Of a stretch of 64,000 nucleotides of DNA, positions 13,268 through 25,220 are shown piece after piece; position 1 is the stretch's first letter, and the number at the start of each line of letters is the position of its first letter. Position numbers and translations under genes: made by a program. The stretch is from Amphiscolops sp. MND2022 (Eukaryota): positions 83,702,001 to 83,766,000 of the forward strand of contig OZ076409.1 in NCBI GenBank assembly GCA_964187785.1, read 5' to 3'. Under the pieces are notes generated by a model. It saw only the letters and a list, made by a program, of their open reading frames with translations. It searched no databases and was not told the DNA's origin.

Positions 13268-13547
13268 AGTAGTATACGAATTCCCGATTCGGACCAGTCA
13301 AATGTTTTTTTTTAAAAAAAATGTTGATTATTTTTTTAAAAATTTTGAATACCAAACGAATCGGGAATTCGGGCCAGTCGAATATATTTTTTAAAAAAAT
13401 GTTGATTTTTTTTAAAAAAAAATCAACGTTTTTTTCACAACTAACTGTTAAAAAATAACCAAGGCAAACCATCTAAAAATTAGTTATTTTTCACAACTGA
13501 AAAATTAACAAAATAAAAATCAATGAGCAAATTTTTCCAGTGGAAAA
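13268..13547 (+). repeat. Left TIR of Polinton A
   Basis: About 280 bp; reverse complement of 26900-27178 with few mismatches. Confidence 0.95.
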
Positions 13548-14319
13548 CTTTGTCATGAAGCAAAAATTCACTAACCTCTATGTTGCCGTGGATGGTAATA
13601 GAGAAAATTTGTATCGAGAGATTCCTTGTAGCAAAATTTTTTTGGAATGAATTACAGCAACGCTGGCTTAAAAGTGTAACATGTGCAATTCAATTCATGT
13701 TTGCAGTGAAGTGTGCAATGCAGACAAATTGACATTTCACACTCGAGAAACATGAAAGAAACATCAAAGCAAATTTGCCAGAATTCGTGCCAGCCTGGCA
13801 AAAATTTTGGCAAAAATATTTTTGCTGGCAAAAATTTTGGCAAAAAATTTTTTCAGTGACAAACTTTTAGGCAAAAACTTTTATCGCTGACAATTTTTTG
13901 GCTCCTTCTTACAACCATGAAGTTGTCCTAGTTCTTGTGAATTATACCTAATCTTAATACATGGGAAACATTATTTACTCAATATCTCAACGGGAAATAA
14001 TTTTAGACAAAATTCACAGACATAAAAGTTGTAGATAATTAAAAGTTACACAAATTTTGTCACTGAATGTTTTCTCTAAAATCAACCCACTAATTACCAC
14101 CTATCAAAACAGGTGTAAAAATTGGGTTTTTCTCAATTTTCTCGAAACTGGTTTATCGCAGCGCAATGGTACAGGAGAACAAAGTTATAGACAATAACAA
14201 GACACACATTTTACAAGAAGAAAATTTTATTGAACCCACAAAGTTAAATTATTTTTTCACCAATTTTTTGAAAAATTATTACTGAAAAATTTTTAATTAA
14301 ACTATTTTTTCTTTAATAA

Positions 14320-17300
14320 ATGGAAATGGAGAATTGTAGTATTTGTAATTTAAATTATAAAAAAGTTTTCAAGTCTGATCATTTAAAATCAGTAAAACAT
14401 CTTGAAAAATTAGATCAATATTATTGTAAAAAATGTAATTTATATATGCCTATCTCAAATAAAATTTCTCATTTAAGTTCAGATGAACATAAAAATAAAA
14501 CCGAACAACGACGTGTTTGGTGTGAAGATTGTAGTAAATATATATCTGATACAACAAGACATTTCCAAAGTGAAATTCATTTACAAAACCGCCAACGGGA
14601 AAACATGCAAAATTTCGGTAATGGAGTAGAAATAATTATGAATGAAAATACATACATTAATCTTAAAATAAGTCCAACTAGTAATCTCGAAGATCATATA
14701 AATGAATTACTTAGTAAAAATTATTTTCCCCGATATAAATATCAATTGAGTTATCTAGCTAAATTTTCAAAAATAATCATTGGAGAAGAAGAAGTATTTA
14801 AAAGATGGATAAAATCAGATCTAATATATAATCACACACAACAAGATACTCATAACACATTAATGCAGAAATTAGATGATGAACAATTAGAAGGATCAGG
14901 TTTTGTGTTTCAAGAAATAGAAGAAGTTATTTTAGAAATATATAAAGTTAATGATATTCAAGCTTCATCATATATTGAATTACCAGGAAAATATAAGGAT
15001 AATAAATCAATCATAAATATAAAGAATAATGATCAATATTGTTTTTTATGGTGTATTTTAGCTCAGTTGTATCCAGTTGAGAATCATAAAGATAGAATAT
15101 CAAAATATATTATTCATTTAAATAAACTCAACCTGAAAGGATTAGAGTTCCCTATGAAAGTTAAAGATATTCCCAAGTTCGAAAACCTAAATAATTTAAA
15201 TATAAATGTATTTGAACTCACTGGAAATGTTTTAACACCAATCCACGTTAATAAAAATTACTTACAACCACAAATAGATTTATTATTATATCGTAATCAC
15301 TATTGTCTAATAACAAGGTTGCATTGTCTAATAAATAAAGATTCACATATGAAACATGTATGTAGAAGATGTTTAACAGCATTTAGTTCACAGCCAGTTC
15401 TTATTGATCATATGGAAAGATGTATAAATCAACAACCAACTAATATCACATTCAGTTGGAAGGATCAGGTAAAGTTCGAAGATTATCATATGAAAGTTCC
15501 TGTACCAATAAGAGTATATGCAGATTTTGAATGTATCAATCAACCTCAAAATACCCCCAACGTGTTATTCAAACAAATTCCAATTGCAGTAGGATATTAT
15601 GTAATGTACCACGTGGTTTGTGAATAGAATGTTAACTTTAGAAAAAATTGCATCAAAATATTTTAAAACAAATTTAGAATTAGAAATGAGTTAAGAAGAA
15701 GAAGTACAGTTTCAACTTGCAGAAGAGTGTTGGCTTTGTGAAAATCCACTCGAAGGTGAAAAAGTTAGAGATCATGATCATCTAACAGGAAAATACAGAG
15801 GTGCAGCTCATAATATATGTAACATAAATTGTAAACAAAGGTCATCAAGTTTTGTTCCTATATTTTTTCATAACTTTTCTGGGTATGATTGTCATCTTAT
15901 TTTTGAAGAACTCTTAACCGAAGCATACAATCAAAATTATAATCCAACGATAATTCCAAAATCACTGGAAAATTATGTTAGTGTACAAGTAGGTTGTTTG
16001 AGATTCTTAGATTCATACCGATTTCTTTCTTCCAGTTTAGATAAATTAGTTAAGAAATTAGACATTTTTCCTATTTTGAAATTGGAAGGAATGAGTGATG
16101 ATTTATTCAAAAAGAAATTAGCTTATCCTTATGAATACTTAAATCTTGATAACTTTCAGGAACTATTAAATCTAACCAAAGAAGATTATTGGTCAACATT
16201 AACACAGTCTTATCCATCAGATGATGATATAAAAAGAACCCAAGAATTAATTGATAAAAATAAAATTAAAAATGGAAGAGAATTAACTATGTTATATTTA
16301 AAAATGGATGTTCTTCAATTAGCTGATGTATTTGAAAACTTTGTGGAAAGTTCTACACGAGAATATAGAATTAATCCTTTGTACTCTTATAGTCTACCTG
16401 GTTATACATGGAAAGCAGGATTGAAGTTGACTAATATAAAGTTAGACTTTATAAAAGATACAGCGAAGCTGCCCTCCGGTAAAGAATTATTACTACTACT
16501 TGAAAATAATATCCGTGGAGGAATTTCAAGTGTAATGGGAGATCGTCACGTGCAATATGATGAAAATAAACAAATCTTATATATCGATGCAAATAATCTA
16601 TATGGATGGGCAATGAGTCAATATCTTCCTATTGGTGATTTTGAAAAATTAAACTTTCCAGAAGAGTATGAACTAGAACAAATAGTAGAAGATTTATTAC
16701 AAATACCTGATGATAATGAATATGGATTCTTTATAGAATGTGATTTACTTTATCCAGCTGAAATTAAAGAAAAAACAAAAAACTTTCCTTTTTGTCCATA
16801 TCAAACAAAAGCAGATCCAGACTTATTCTCAGGTTATATGAATAGTGTAAATCAACCTAATTACAAACCAACATCAAAACTTATGTGTGATGTAACCAAT
16901 AAATCGAAATATATGATACATTATAGGATGTTCAAGTTTTATCTTAACCAAGGGATGAAAGTAACGAAGATACATACAATCTACCGCTTTAAGCAAAGCC
17001 CATGATTAGGTAAATCCATCGATCGTATCGATCATAATACTCAGAAACGCACAGTAGCGAGAACAAACTTTGAAAAGGATCTTTATAAATTAATGAATAA
17101 TGCTTTCTTTGGTAAGACTATGGAAAATGTAAGAGATAGAACCAATCTAGAATTCATTGATCATTCTCAAATAGATCAAATAATAAAAAGACAATCCAAG
17201 TTAAGTTTCAAAGGCATTGTGGATCATTATTCTAAGTTTAGTGTGTACAAGTTTGATAAAGAAAAAACAGTCTTTGATAAACCAATTTATTTAGGTTTTA

Positions 17301-18030
17301 CAGTTTTAGAACTATCAAAACTATTAATGTATGAATTTTATTATAACAAATTACAACCATATTGGAAACAATCCATACAACTACACTACATGGACACTGA
17401 TAGTTTTATTCTGAGTTTTAATACAAACCACCAAGAACTAATAAACTTTTTACAAGAAAACAAAGATGAATTTGATTTCAGTGAATTACACCCAAGTGAT
17501 GAATTATATGATCCTATTAACAAGAAAGTTATAGAGAAATGAAAATTGAAACAAGTCCAGTTTTGGTGTTAGATACCTTCACAGCATTGCGATCAAAGTC
17601 ATATTCTTTTAGTTACAATAATAATAATAATAACATTCAAAAAGCGAAACAAAAAGGAATACAAAAAGCTCCCAAATGTGAACACTACAAAAATTCATTG
17701 TTTAATTCAGAAACATCAAGTTCTACAAATATATCAATTAGATCTAATTTACACAACCTTACAGTTGAAAAACAAAACAAACTAGCTTTGAATCCTTTTG
17801 ACGATAAACGTTTGTATATAAATCCAATACAAAGTTTACCATGGGATAAACACACCCAGAAAGGTGATTGTCCTTGTATATATTGTTTGAAATTAATTGG
17901 TTTGTATTATAAAGAAATAACTATAAATAAAACAGATGAAGAAATTTATTTCAATGTTTGGTATTGGAAACAAGCACTCACCCATCAACAACTTGTGAAG
18001 TTGATAAGTGATCGAGCACATGTTTTATAA
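14320..18030 (+). pseudogene. polB: Protein-primed family B DNA polymerase of Polinton A (disrupted)
   Basis: N-terminal C2H2-like fingers; vOTU-like Cys/His segments (DQYCFLWC...NHYCL); ExoI YADFE; HNH/EndoVII-like DHDHLTGKYRGAAH; IRGG; YIDANNLYG; K-LMNNAFFGK; YMDTDS; KQKG. Broken near 15610, 15690, 17003-17030 and 17535. Confidence 0.95.
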
Positions 18031-18177
18031 AAATAAATATATTATTTTATTAATGTATTTATTATATTATCATTTTATAAAAATAAGTATATTATTTTAT
18101 AAATTTATTTATCATATCAGCAAATCTGTATTATTATATTTAAATTATATTATATTTATTTACTGAAAAAGCTTTGC

Positions 18178-19407
18178 TTATAAAAAATCAAAATGCCTTT
18201 GTCCATCACTACTGATACTTATCAGTTTGGGTGTTAGGACTAGGGCATAAGCTATATAGTCTGCTACATTAATGGCAGCACTAAATTTGAATTCTAATCT
18301 AATAGGTTGACTGGCAATATTATCTTTTTGTTTTGATAAGTCAAATACATAGAAATTATAATTTAATCTGAATTTGTGCAAATCAATAAACGGATTGAGT
18401 AGATTAGTTTCACTTTTTAACAAATAAAAGTTTTCAATTTCACTATATGCTTGATCATATTTGTCTCTACCATAATCACATTCTATTCCATCATCTGGAT
18501 ATTTTTCTGATCCTATTTTACAAACAGCATTTGAAACAGGTAAACGATCAAATATTGCATTATCATGTGTTTGTGAATCAATTTTATTTCTAGCTTGAAA
18601 AGCAACAATTACAAAAGTTGGTGTTGATTCTCCACTATTACCTAATTCAAATGTCCAATTGTTATTCGTGTTAACATCTTTTCTAAAAACAACTCGTTCA
18701 ATATAATACAGTTCAGTTGGATCTTTGTCTAATATTTGATCCATCACGAGTTGCTGGTTTTCCATTGATGGTGTGTAGTGTGGAATAAACCAGGAGATGT
18801 CTTTTATATTTATTTTTGCAGCATCCACACCATTGTCCCTTATAATGGGATCGTTATTATTATTACGTTTTAATGTGAGACTGTAACCCAATCCATAAGT
18901 TATTTTTTCTTGATCAGCGAATCCAAATATATCAGTTAATTTTATTCTAACGAAAAAGGTTCCTTTTTCTGTTTTGTTTGTTGTTAGTTCTTGTCTTCTA
19001 GTTGCTTGTGATTCTTCAAACCCGTACATCAATTGACTTGTTTGTTGATTAAATGTTAAAAGTTTATACATCAATGAAATTGGGTGTAGATCATCAACTT
19101 TTTCTAAATGTTTACCTGAACTAGTAGTTAACTTAGCTTCACTAAACTAAGCAACAGGCCCAAAGTTGACCAAGCTTATTTGATCACAATCTGCATATCT
19201 TGTATCATCATTTTTAAGAACTTCAAATTCTAATGATATATATGAATTTTGTAAACAAATATATGCATCTTCTCTTGGGAAGATGATGGAAATACTTGAA
19301 TTATTATTGTTGATTGTAGCTAAACTACTAGGTGAGTTTTTAATAAAATCAATTTTATGAATAGGTTTTTCCACAGCATATTTATTTTTCAATGAGAATA
19401 ATTCCAT
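18178..19407 (-). pseudogene. Double jelly-roll major capsid protein of Polinton A (one in-frame stop)
   Basis: ORFs 19147-19407 and 18178-19074 share a frame separated by one TAG; about 410 codons; MCP-like motifs (QNSYISLEFEV, PTFVIVAFQ, FYVFDLSKQ, IRLEFKF). Confidence 0.85.
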
Positions 19408-19475
19408 TTATAAAAGAATAAATATTCATGATGATGATTTAAAATTTATATTTATATGTTTTTTACTAAATAAAT

Positions 19476-19997
19476 TTATCCTAAAAAAGTAAACTCAGAA
19501 TTTAGTTTAGTTTTATTTGTTTTATATAGATCGTAAGTTTGTTTTAATTTGTTGTATTCACTCAAATCAATTTTATTGTCTTCTTAACATTTTGAATGTA
19601 GTTTTTGGTAGTCGTGTAGTGTTCTACCAGCAAGAGTATATTTTTTAATATTGTGTTGTTCTTTTCTTTTCAGGTACTCACCAAGAAGTTTACTGATTAT
19701 ACATAAACCTGCACCTATACCACTTGCTATAGGTACAACAACAAGTCCAACTCCTGTGACACTTAACGTGACACATGTTGATGATACACCCAACACCGAA
19801 ACTCTATCAAAAGATTGAATTAAACAATTTATAAGCTTGTATTGTTTACTTTTCTTTTTATACTTTTTAGCTTCATGATTATAAAAATTTTGAATATCTT
19901 TTTTATTTTGAACTGAATTATTAAAACTATTTATTTCTTTCAATCTAAGATCAAGATTATCTGATTCACGTAAACAAGGATACAATTTTTCACTCAT
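19476..19997 (-). pseudogene. Polinton membrane-associated protein (one in-frame stop)
   Basis: Hydrophobic Gly-rich hairpin LSVTGVGLVVVPIASGIGAGLCII; the frame continues past the TAA at 19584-19586 to 19476. Confidence 0.6.
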
Positions 19998-20031
19998 TTA
20001 ATTTTAAATAAAAACTTAATTTTACAAGTAT

Positions 20032-20733
20032 TCACTCTTCAAAAAGTATAAAATTTATCTCAGTATCAGTTAATTTCATTCTATATTTAAGATCAACAAT
20101 ATCTTTGTATTCATCTATTTTTAAGGAATACACGATATCTTCTCTCGTTGAATAATCTAAATCAGATAAATAATACACACCATCTGATGTCTTTATTTCT
20201 TTTCCGTATTTTTCCAACAAGTATTCATCACTAAAATATAAGTACTCGTTAAAGATTTGGTCTTTATTTTCAAATGAGTCAAACAATCCTTTGTTGTATA
20301 GTAATTGAATAGTATCTTTGACTGCTTGATTTTTACATTTTTCCAATTCTACAAAAATATTTCGTTCGAAGTGATTACGTAAAATGACTTGTTCTTCATT
20401 GGCTTGTTTGACTGCTTCCGAAATAATTTCTTTTTTCTTTTCTAAAAATTTATTTTTAACATCTTGTTCTAAGTATTTCAGGTTGATTTTCAAGTCTTCT
20501 ATATTTTTATTTATGTCTAAGAATAACTTTGCATTGACTACTACCTTGGTTTCACCATCATCAAAATTAATTTCTTGTACACTTTGTAGGTTTTCAAAGT
20601 TTTCTAACTTGTCAGAAATATTAATAAGTTTTACATTAAATAATTTGGTTTGTGATTCGAATTCTTTTTCTAAATTCTCAATCTTATCTTTTTGTAGACT
20701 CTCGGCACTATAACCAAATTTATGATATGACAT
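20032..20733 (-). CDS. Hypothetical coiled-coil protein of Polinton A
   Basis: 233-aa ATG ORF tightly packed between neighbours; no recognisable motif. Confidence 0.65.
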   Translation of the reverse strand: MSYHKFGYSAESLQKDKIENLEKEFESQTKLFNVKLINISDKLENFENLQSVQEINFDDGETKVVVNAKLFLDINKNIEDLKINLKYLEQDVKNKFLEKKKEIISEAVKQANEEQVILRNHFERNIFVELEKCKNQAVKDTIQLLYNKGLFDSFENKDQIFNEYLYFSDEYLLEKYGKEIKTSDGVYYLSDLDYSTREDIVYSLKIDEYKDIVDLKYRMKLTDTEINFILFEE

Positions 20734-20750
20734 TATTTATTTAAATATAT

Positions 20751-21611
20751 TTATTCATTTTGATGGAAAATATTCATACTTTCTAACGTTTTGTTGTTAG
20801 ATTTAAAATTGAATACACTTCTTAAAAGTTCTTCTTCATAATATTTTCCTTCTATTTGTTCGTTGTTTTCATCTACCAAACCATACGTAACTGGGTTAGT
20901 TGGATTAATTTTGTGTATTTTAAAAAGTTCTCTGTTCCAATTTGTTGTATAACCTTTTGAATAAATGTTCCTTTTATCAGGAACTCTTACATAGTCTCCC
21001 ACTTGAAATTTGGGTATTTTTTCATTTTTATTAATTTTAATATTGATAATTTTATTAGTATTGGTAACCATTTCAAATGGTGTCATCTTAGTAGTTCCAT
21101 GCACACGATTATTATATTTTTCCATAGCAGTATCTAGATGATTCAACCAACAAGCTTTACCTTCAATATACATTGGTTTTTTTATTAGATCTAATAAGGT
21201 TCTATTGAATCGTTCAACAAAAACAGCTTTTAAATCTGAATTAGTTGTATAAATTTGAATTTCATTTTGTTTAAGAAAATCCAAAAATGTTTTATTATAA
21301 AACTCTTTACCTCTATCTGACCATATTTTATCAGGTTTTCTTTTTTCTTTTTCAATAAGATTTTTAAATGCATTTGTTGTACTTTTTCCTGATTTATCTT
21401 TAAGAGGAATGGCCCATGCGTATTTAGTATGATTGTTAATTATTGTAAAAATAAACTTGTAGTTTTTATTATATTTTGATAAGCTAGACCTGTCTATCAG
21501 ATCGATACTCCAACATTCATCTTTATAATGGGGAATTATTTTAATGTGATCAAACTTTTTAATTACAGGAGAAAATATTTCTTTAGCAATTTCTTTCTTC
21601 TTTTCACTCAT
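20751..21611 (-). CDS. int: Retroviral-like (rve) integrase of Polinton A
   Basis: DDE motifs WSIDLID, IWSDRGKEF, VERFNRTL; C-terminal FQVGDYVRV and KGYTTNW. Confidence 0.95.
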   Translation of the reverse strand: MSEKKKEIAKEIFSPVIKKFDHIKIIPHYKDECWSIDLIDRSSLSKYNKNYKFIFTIINNHTKYAWAIPLKDKSGKSTTNAFKNLIEKEKRKPDKIWSDRGKEFYNKTFLDFLKQNEIQIYTTNSDLKAVFVERFNRTLLDLIKKPMYIEGKACWLNHLDTAMEKYNNRVHGTTKMTPFEMVTNTNKIINIKINKNEKIPKFQVGDYVRVPDKRNIYSKGYTTNWNRELFKIHKINPTNPVTYGLVDENNEQIEGKYYEEELLRSVFNFKSNNKTLESMNIFHQNE

Positions 21612-21625
21612 TTATTTCCTAATAA

Positions 21626-22657
21626 ATGAATAAAAAATTATATATAGGTTTATTATATGTAATTTTTATTATAATTTTGTGGGTGTATTGGTATAATATT
21701 AGACCTAGACATTACGAAAAAATATACCAAAAACTAAAACAATTCAAGGGATTTAAAAAGTCCCATCTAACTGATCAACCAAAACACGAGCCACAAGTCA
21801 AACCAATCACAAATACTAATTGTCATTTTTTGGTGTATGGTACTAGTGGATCAGGTAAGACTAGTTTCCTTAAGTTATATTTAGATCAAACTAAAACAAA
21901 TTTTATAGTATTCGGTAGAGATGAAAATGAGTTTAAAGATAATTATATACCCTTGTTACAGTTAGAAAATATTGAAATAGAGAAACTTGCTAATAGAACT
22001 ATAATTTTAGATGATGCAGGAGCATTCAAACAACTCAGAACAAAAGTAGAAGACTTATTTCGGTTTGGTAGACACAACAATATACAAGTTATATACCTTG
22101 CTCACTATGCAAAGGATGTTCTCCCAATAGTGAGAGAGAATTGTTTTAAATTATATATCACAATAAATAATCCAGATAGTTTCTTTGAAACCATAATACA
22201 AACTTATTCAATCAAAGAAGATCTCAAATGGAAACAATATCGTAGTCAGTTAGAATTTGGTGTAATTGAATTTGATACTAGATCACAAAAGTATAAAATA
22301 CTCAACCACAAATACCAACTAGTCTACGATACAACTAAACATAAATGGAGTCCGGAAGATTATGTAAAATATGAGAGTTATTTCTTTACAGGTGAAGAAT
22401 ATAATAAACTTAAAATATTCCTAGAAGATATGTCAGATCAAACAATTGAAGTAACACCTTTTAATGTAGCTTATTATTATGTATATTATTGTAAACAAAA
22501 TAAAATAAAAGTGAATGAATCTAAAATAGACAACTACGTTGAACGCATGCAACAACCACTAATTTCAGATCAACTTAAAGAGGAATTTAAGAAAATTATA
22601 ATTGATCAAGCAATCAGGTTTAGTAAAAGTAATCAAAAAATGGGTCTGATTTCTTAG
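21626..22657 (+). CDS. A32/FtsK-like ATPase 1 with N-terminal transmembrane segment
   Basis: Walker A GTSGSGKT, Walker B IILDD, FGRHN motif; N-terminal LYIGLLYVIFIIILWVYWY. Confidence 0.85.
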   Translation: MNKKLYIGLLYVIFIIILWVYWYNIRPRHYEKIYQKLKQFKGFKKSHLTDQPKHEPQVKPITNTNCHFLVYGTSGSGKTSFLKLYLDQTKTNFIVFGRDENEFKDNYIPLLQLENIEIEKLANRTIILDDAGAFKQLRTKVEDLFRFGRHNNIQVIYLAHYAKDVLPIVRENCFKLYITINNPDSFFETIIQTYSIKEDLKWKQYRSQLEFGVIEFDTRSQKYKILNHKYQLVYDTTKHKWSPEDYVKYESYFFTGEEYNKLKIFLEDMSDQTIEVTPFNVAYYYVYYCKQNKIKVNESKIDNYVERMQQPLISDQLKEEFKKIIIDQAIRFSKSNQKMGLIS

Positions 22658-22774
22658 TAAAAAATCACTAAGCAAATTCACTAAGAGCATATATTTTTCA
22701 CTAAGCAAATAAGGTACACTTAAGAAGATGTGCTCTTAGTGAATTTGCTTAGTGATTTAGTGATTTTTTACTAA
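22654..22774. repeat. Intergenic hairpin between the two ATPase genes
   Basis: Perfect 28-bp arms at 22662-22689 and 22731-22758; alternative 18-bp pairing of 22654-22671 with 22757-22774; repeated CACTAAG units. Confidence 0.85.
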
Positions 22775-22778
22775 ATAA

Positions 22779-23780
22779 ATGAAGTGTATAATTTGTGGAA
22801 AAAGTAATGAAAAATCTGTCTGCTCCGATTGTGAGAATAAAAAAAGATGTAAAGAATGTAATATATTGAAAACAGATTTTTACAAATATAGAAATGGTAA
22901 ATTGTATAGTACATGTATAGAATGTTTCAATAAAAAAGTAAAATGTGAATTCTGTAATAAAGAATTAAATAAAATTTATTTATCAAAACATTTAAAAAGA
23001 TGTATTAAATTATTAGAAGATGTATATTTTTTAAATAATATTCAAATTGATGATGGTAATGAAAATCAAATTGATGATGATAATAATCAAATTGATACAG
23101 CTACGCTGGCTTTGCATAATAATCAATTTGATGATAATAATGAAAATCATAATAATCAAATTGATGATAATAATAATCAAATTGAAAATAATTGTAATAG
23201 GACATTGATAGTTGGTCCATCATTTTGTGGTAAGACCCATTTGTTATTAAACAAATTACAATTAATTCGTTTAGGTAATCCTGAACAAAAGATATGTATC
23301 ATTACGAGGAGTCCGGAACAATACAATAAAATTGAAATAGAAGATGTTTCAGTGGAAGAAGATTTAGGTGATAAAAGTAATCAAGATTTTCAAAATTGTT
23401 GTGTTGTATTTGATGATATGTTGGACTCCAATCAGAAATTAATAGATCCATTTTTTACTAGGGGAAGACATAATGATCTGGATGTTTATTATTTATCACA
23501 GTCATACTTTGATTTGCCTAAAAGAACAATTAGAAACAATAGTAATATTATAATTTTATTTCAACAAACATTGAAAGATGTAGAACACATTTATAGAGAC
23601 ATAGCAGGTTTTGATATGTCTAATGATGAATTCAAAAGTTTATGCAGAGAAGCATGGCGGGATAATTATAATTATTTATTATTAAATAGGTTAGAAGATA
23701 AAAATGGGAGTAATTATATGATATGTAATGAATCCCATCTGCAATACCAGATGTTTAATCCACAAACTGATCCTTTTTAG
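22779..23780 (+). CDS. A32/FtsK-like packaging ATPase 2 with N-terminal Cys-rich domain
   Basis: Walker A GPSFCGKT, Walker B VVFDD, RGRHN, LSQSYF, IRNN; several CxxC pairs then DDNNNQI repeats. Confidence 0.9.
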   Translation: MKCIICGKSNEKSVCSDCENKKRCKECNILKTDFYKYRNGKLYSTCIECFNKKVKCEFCNKELNKIYLSKHLKRCIKLLEDVYFLNNIQIDDGNENQIDDDNNQIDTATLALHNNQFDDNNENHNNQIDDNNNQIENNCNRTLIVGPSFCGKTHLLLNKLQLIRLGNPEQKICIITRSPEQYNKIEIEDVSVEEDLGDKSNQDFQNCCVVFDDMLDSNQKLIDPFFTRGRHNDLDVYYLSQSYFDLPKRTIRNNSNIIILFQQTLKDVEHIYRDIAGFDMSNDEFKSLCREAWRDNYNYLLLNRLEDKNGSNYMICNESHLQYQMFNPQTDPF

Positions 23781-24760
23781 TAAATGTGCTTATAAGACCG
23801 AAGGCGCTGTGCATGTTTTGATGTTGATTTGTTGTAATGCATTGGTATTGTAATAATTTATCAGCAATTGCTATGATTTGTTCACTAAGCATAGGATTAT
23901 CATTTCCTCCTACTTTTTCAAAATAAAGTAGTTTTAATTGATCTACAAGCTCATCAGGATCCGATGGAAGGAAGACATACTGATTAAATCCACTTCCTAT
24001 TTGGGATAGTTGATAAGGAATATGTTGATATATGTATTGATTAATTAAATCTTTAATGAAATAATATCTCTTTGATTTTTTATCTCCATAATTTATATTA
24101 TATTTCATATCATTCAAAAAAGAATAAATTAGATTCACGTTTTGTGGTTGCGTGTCTAGCTGTGCATTAGTTATAAAATATGAAAGATCCGGATCCTTCA
24201 AATTGTATTTGTTACCACTACTCAAGAAGGTTAGTGTATTATTTTTAATTAGTACTTGTTGAGGATTAATAGGGTTAATTATGAATAAATTTGGATTACC
24301 TTCACCGAAGGCGCTTTGCGTAACAGGTTCTAAACTAAATTGACTTTTGTTTTTGTCATTAAGTAAATTAGAAACTGTCTTGATTATAGTAGAATCAACT
24401 TGGTTGGAATTCACAAGATCTGTAACAAGTTGATTATTACGGTAAGTAATTTCATCATATTCTTTAATCGATTTTTGTAAATTTTTTTTCAAAGCGTTAC
24501 TCGATTCTCGTATTGCTTGTGTTGTAGTTTGAGTAGAATCACGTAACGCTTGTATTTGTTTTTCAGATTCTAGCTTGGTTTGGTTTTGACTTTTTTTTCT
24601 GATTTTCCGTAACAGGTTCAAAAACTTCTTCCATATTATAATGAAAGTCTTGCTTCCCTAGTTTCTCTTTTAATCTTTCAGCTTTCAAAGAAGATTGTGT
24701 TTCTTGCAATTTTTTTAATTTCTCTAAATCATTAATTTCTCGATTATGAATTGAATACAT
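23755..24760 (-). pseudogene. Conserved Polinton accessory protein (frameshifted)
   Basis: ORFs 24563-24760 and 23755-24621 join at a T-run near 24595; C-terminal PSDPDELVDQLKLL...GGND motif typical of Polinton proteins. Confidence 0.65.
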
Positions 24761-24809
24761 AATTTATTATTCATAAAAAATAATATTTTATTTACAGCTC
24801 GGCTGTAAA

Positions 24810-25211
24810 TCAATGAATTTTACCCAAGTACAGACCTTTTCCTTGATGAACAAATTTTATAAAATCAGGAGCAGTTGCGGCTATCATTCGAGGCTTTTTA
24901 CTTGCTGCTGCAGTACCGATATTAGCTGCGAGTTCTAATGCTCTTCCAGGATTGTTTAAAATTTTCTTTCCGACATTCTTGGCGGCTTTTCCTACACCTC
25001 GGAAAAAGTCACCTAATCCTTCTGCTTGTATAGTTTGATCAGATACTATAGGTGATTTATTTCTTTTACAAGTTGAACAAGTACCTCTTAATAATTTAAC
25101 AGCTGCTCCAGTTTTTTTATTTTGAGTAATATCTCCACGAATATTTGTGGTAGCGGAATAATGTTTTCCACCAACACAATATGAATTATTTTTAAACTTA
25201 CTAAAGCTCAT
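24810..25211 (-). CDS. Small basic putative virion/core protein
   Basis: Zinc-ribbon-like N-terminus (YCVGG...GTCSTC), then amphipathic GLGDFFRGVGKAAKNVGKKIL and terminal GKGLYL. Confidence 0.65.
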   Translation of the reverse strand: MSFSKFKNNSYCVGGKHYSATTNIRGDITQNKKTGAAVKLLRGTCSTCKRNKSPIVSDQTIQAEGLGDFFRGVGKAAKNVGKKILNNPGRALELAANIGTAAASKKPRMIAATAPDFIKFVHQGKGLYLGKIH

Positions 25212-25220
25212 TTATTAGAA

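Noticed and set aside
13795..13900. GGCAAAAATTTT repeats in the left non-coding region of Polinton A
   Set aside because: Short, degenerate and low complexity; no function can be argued from sequence alone.
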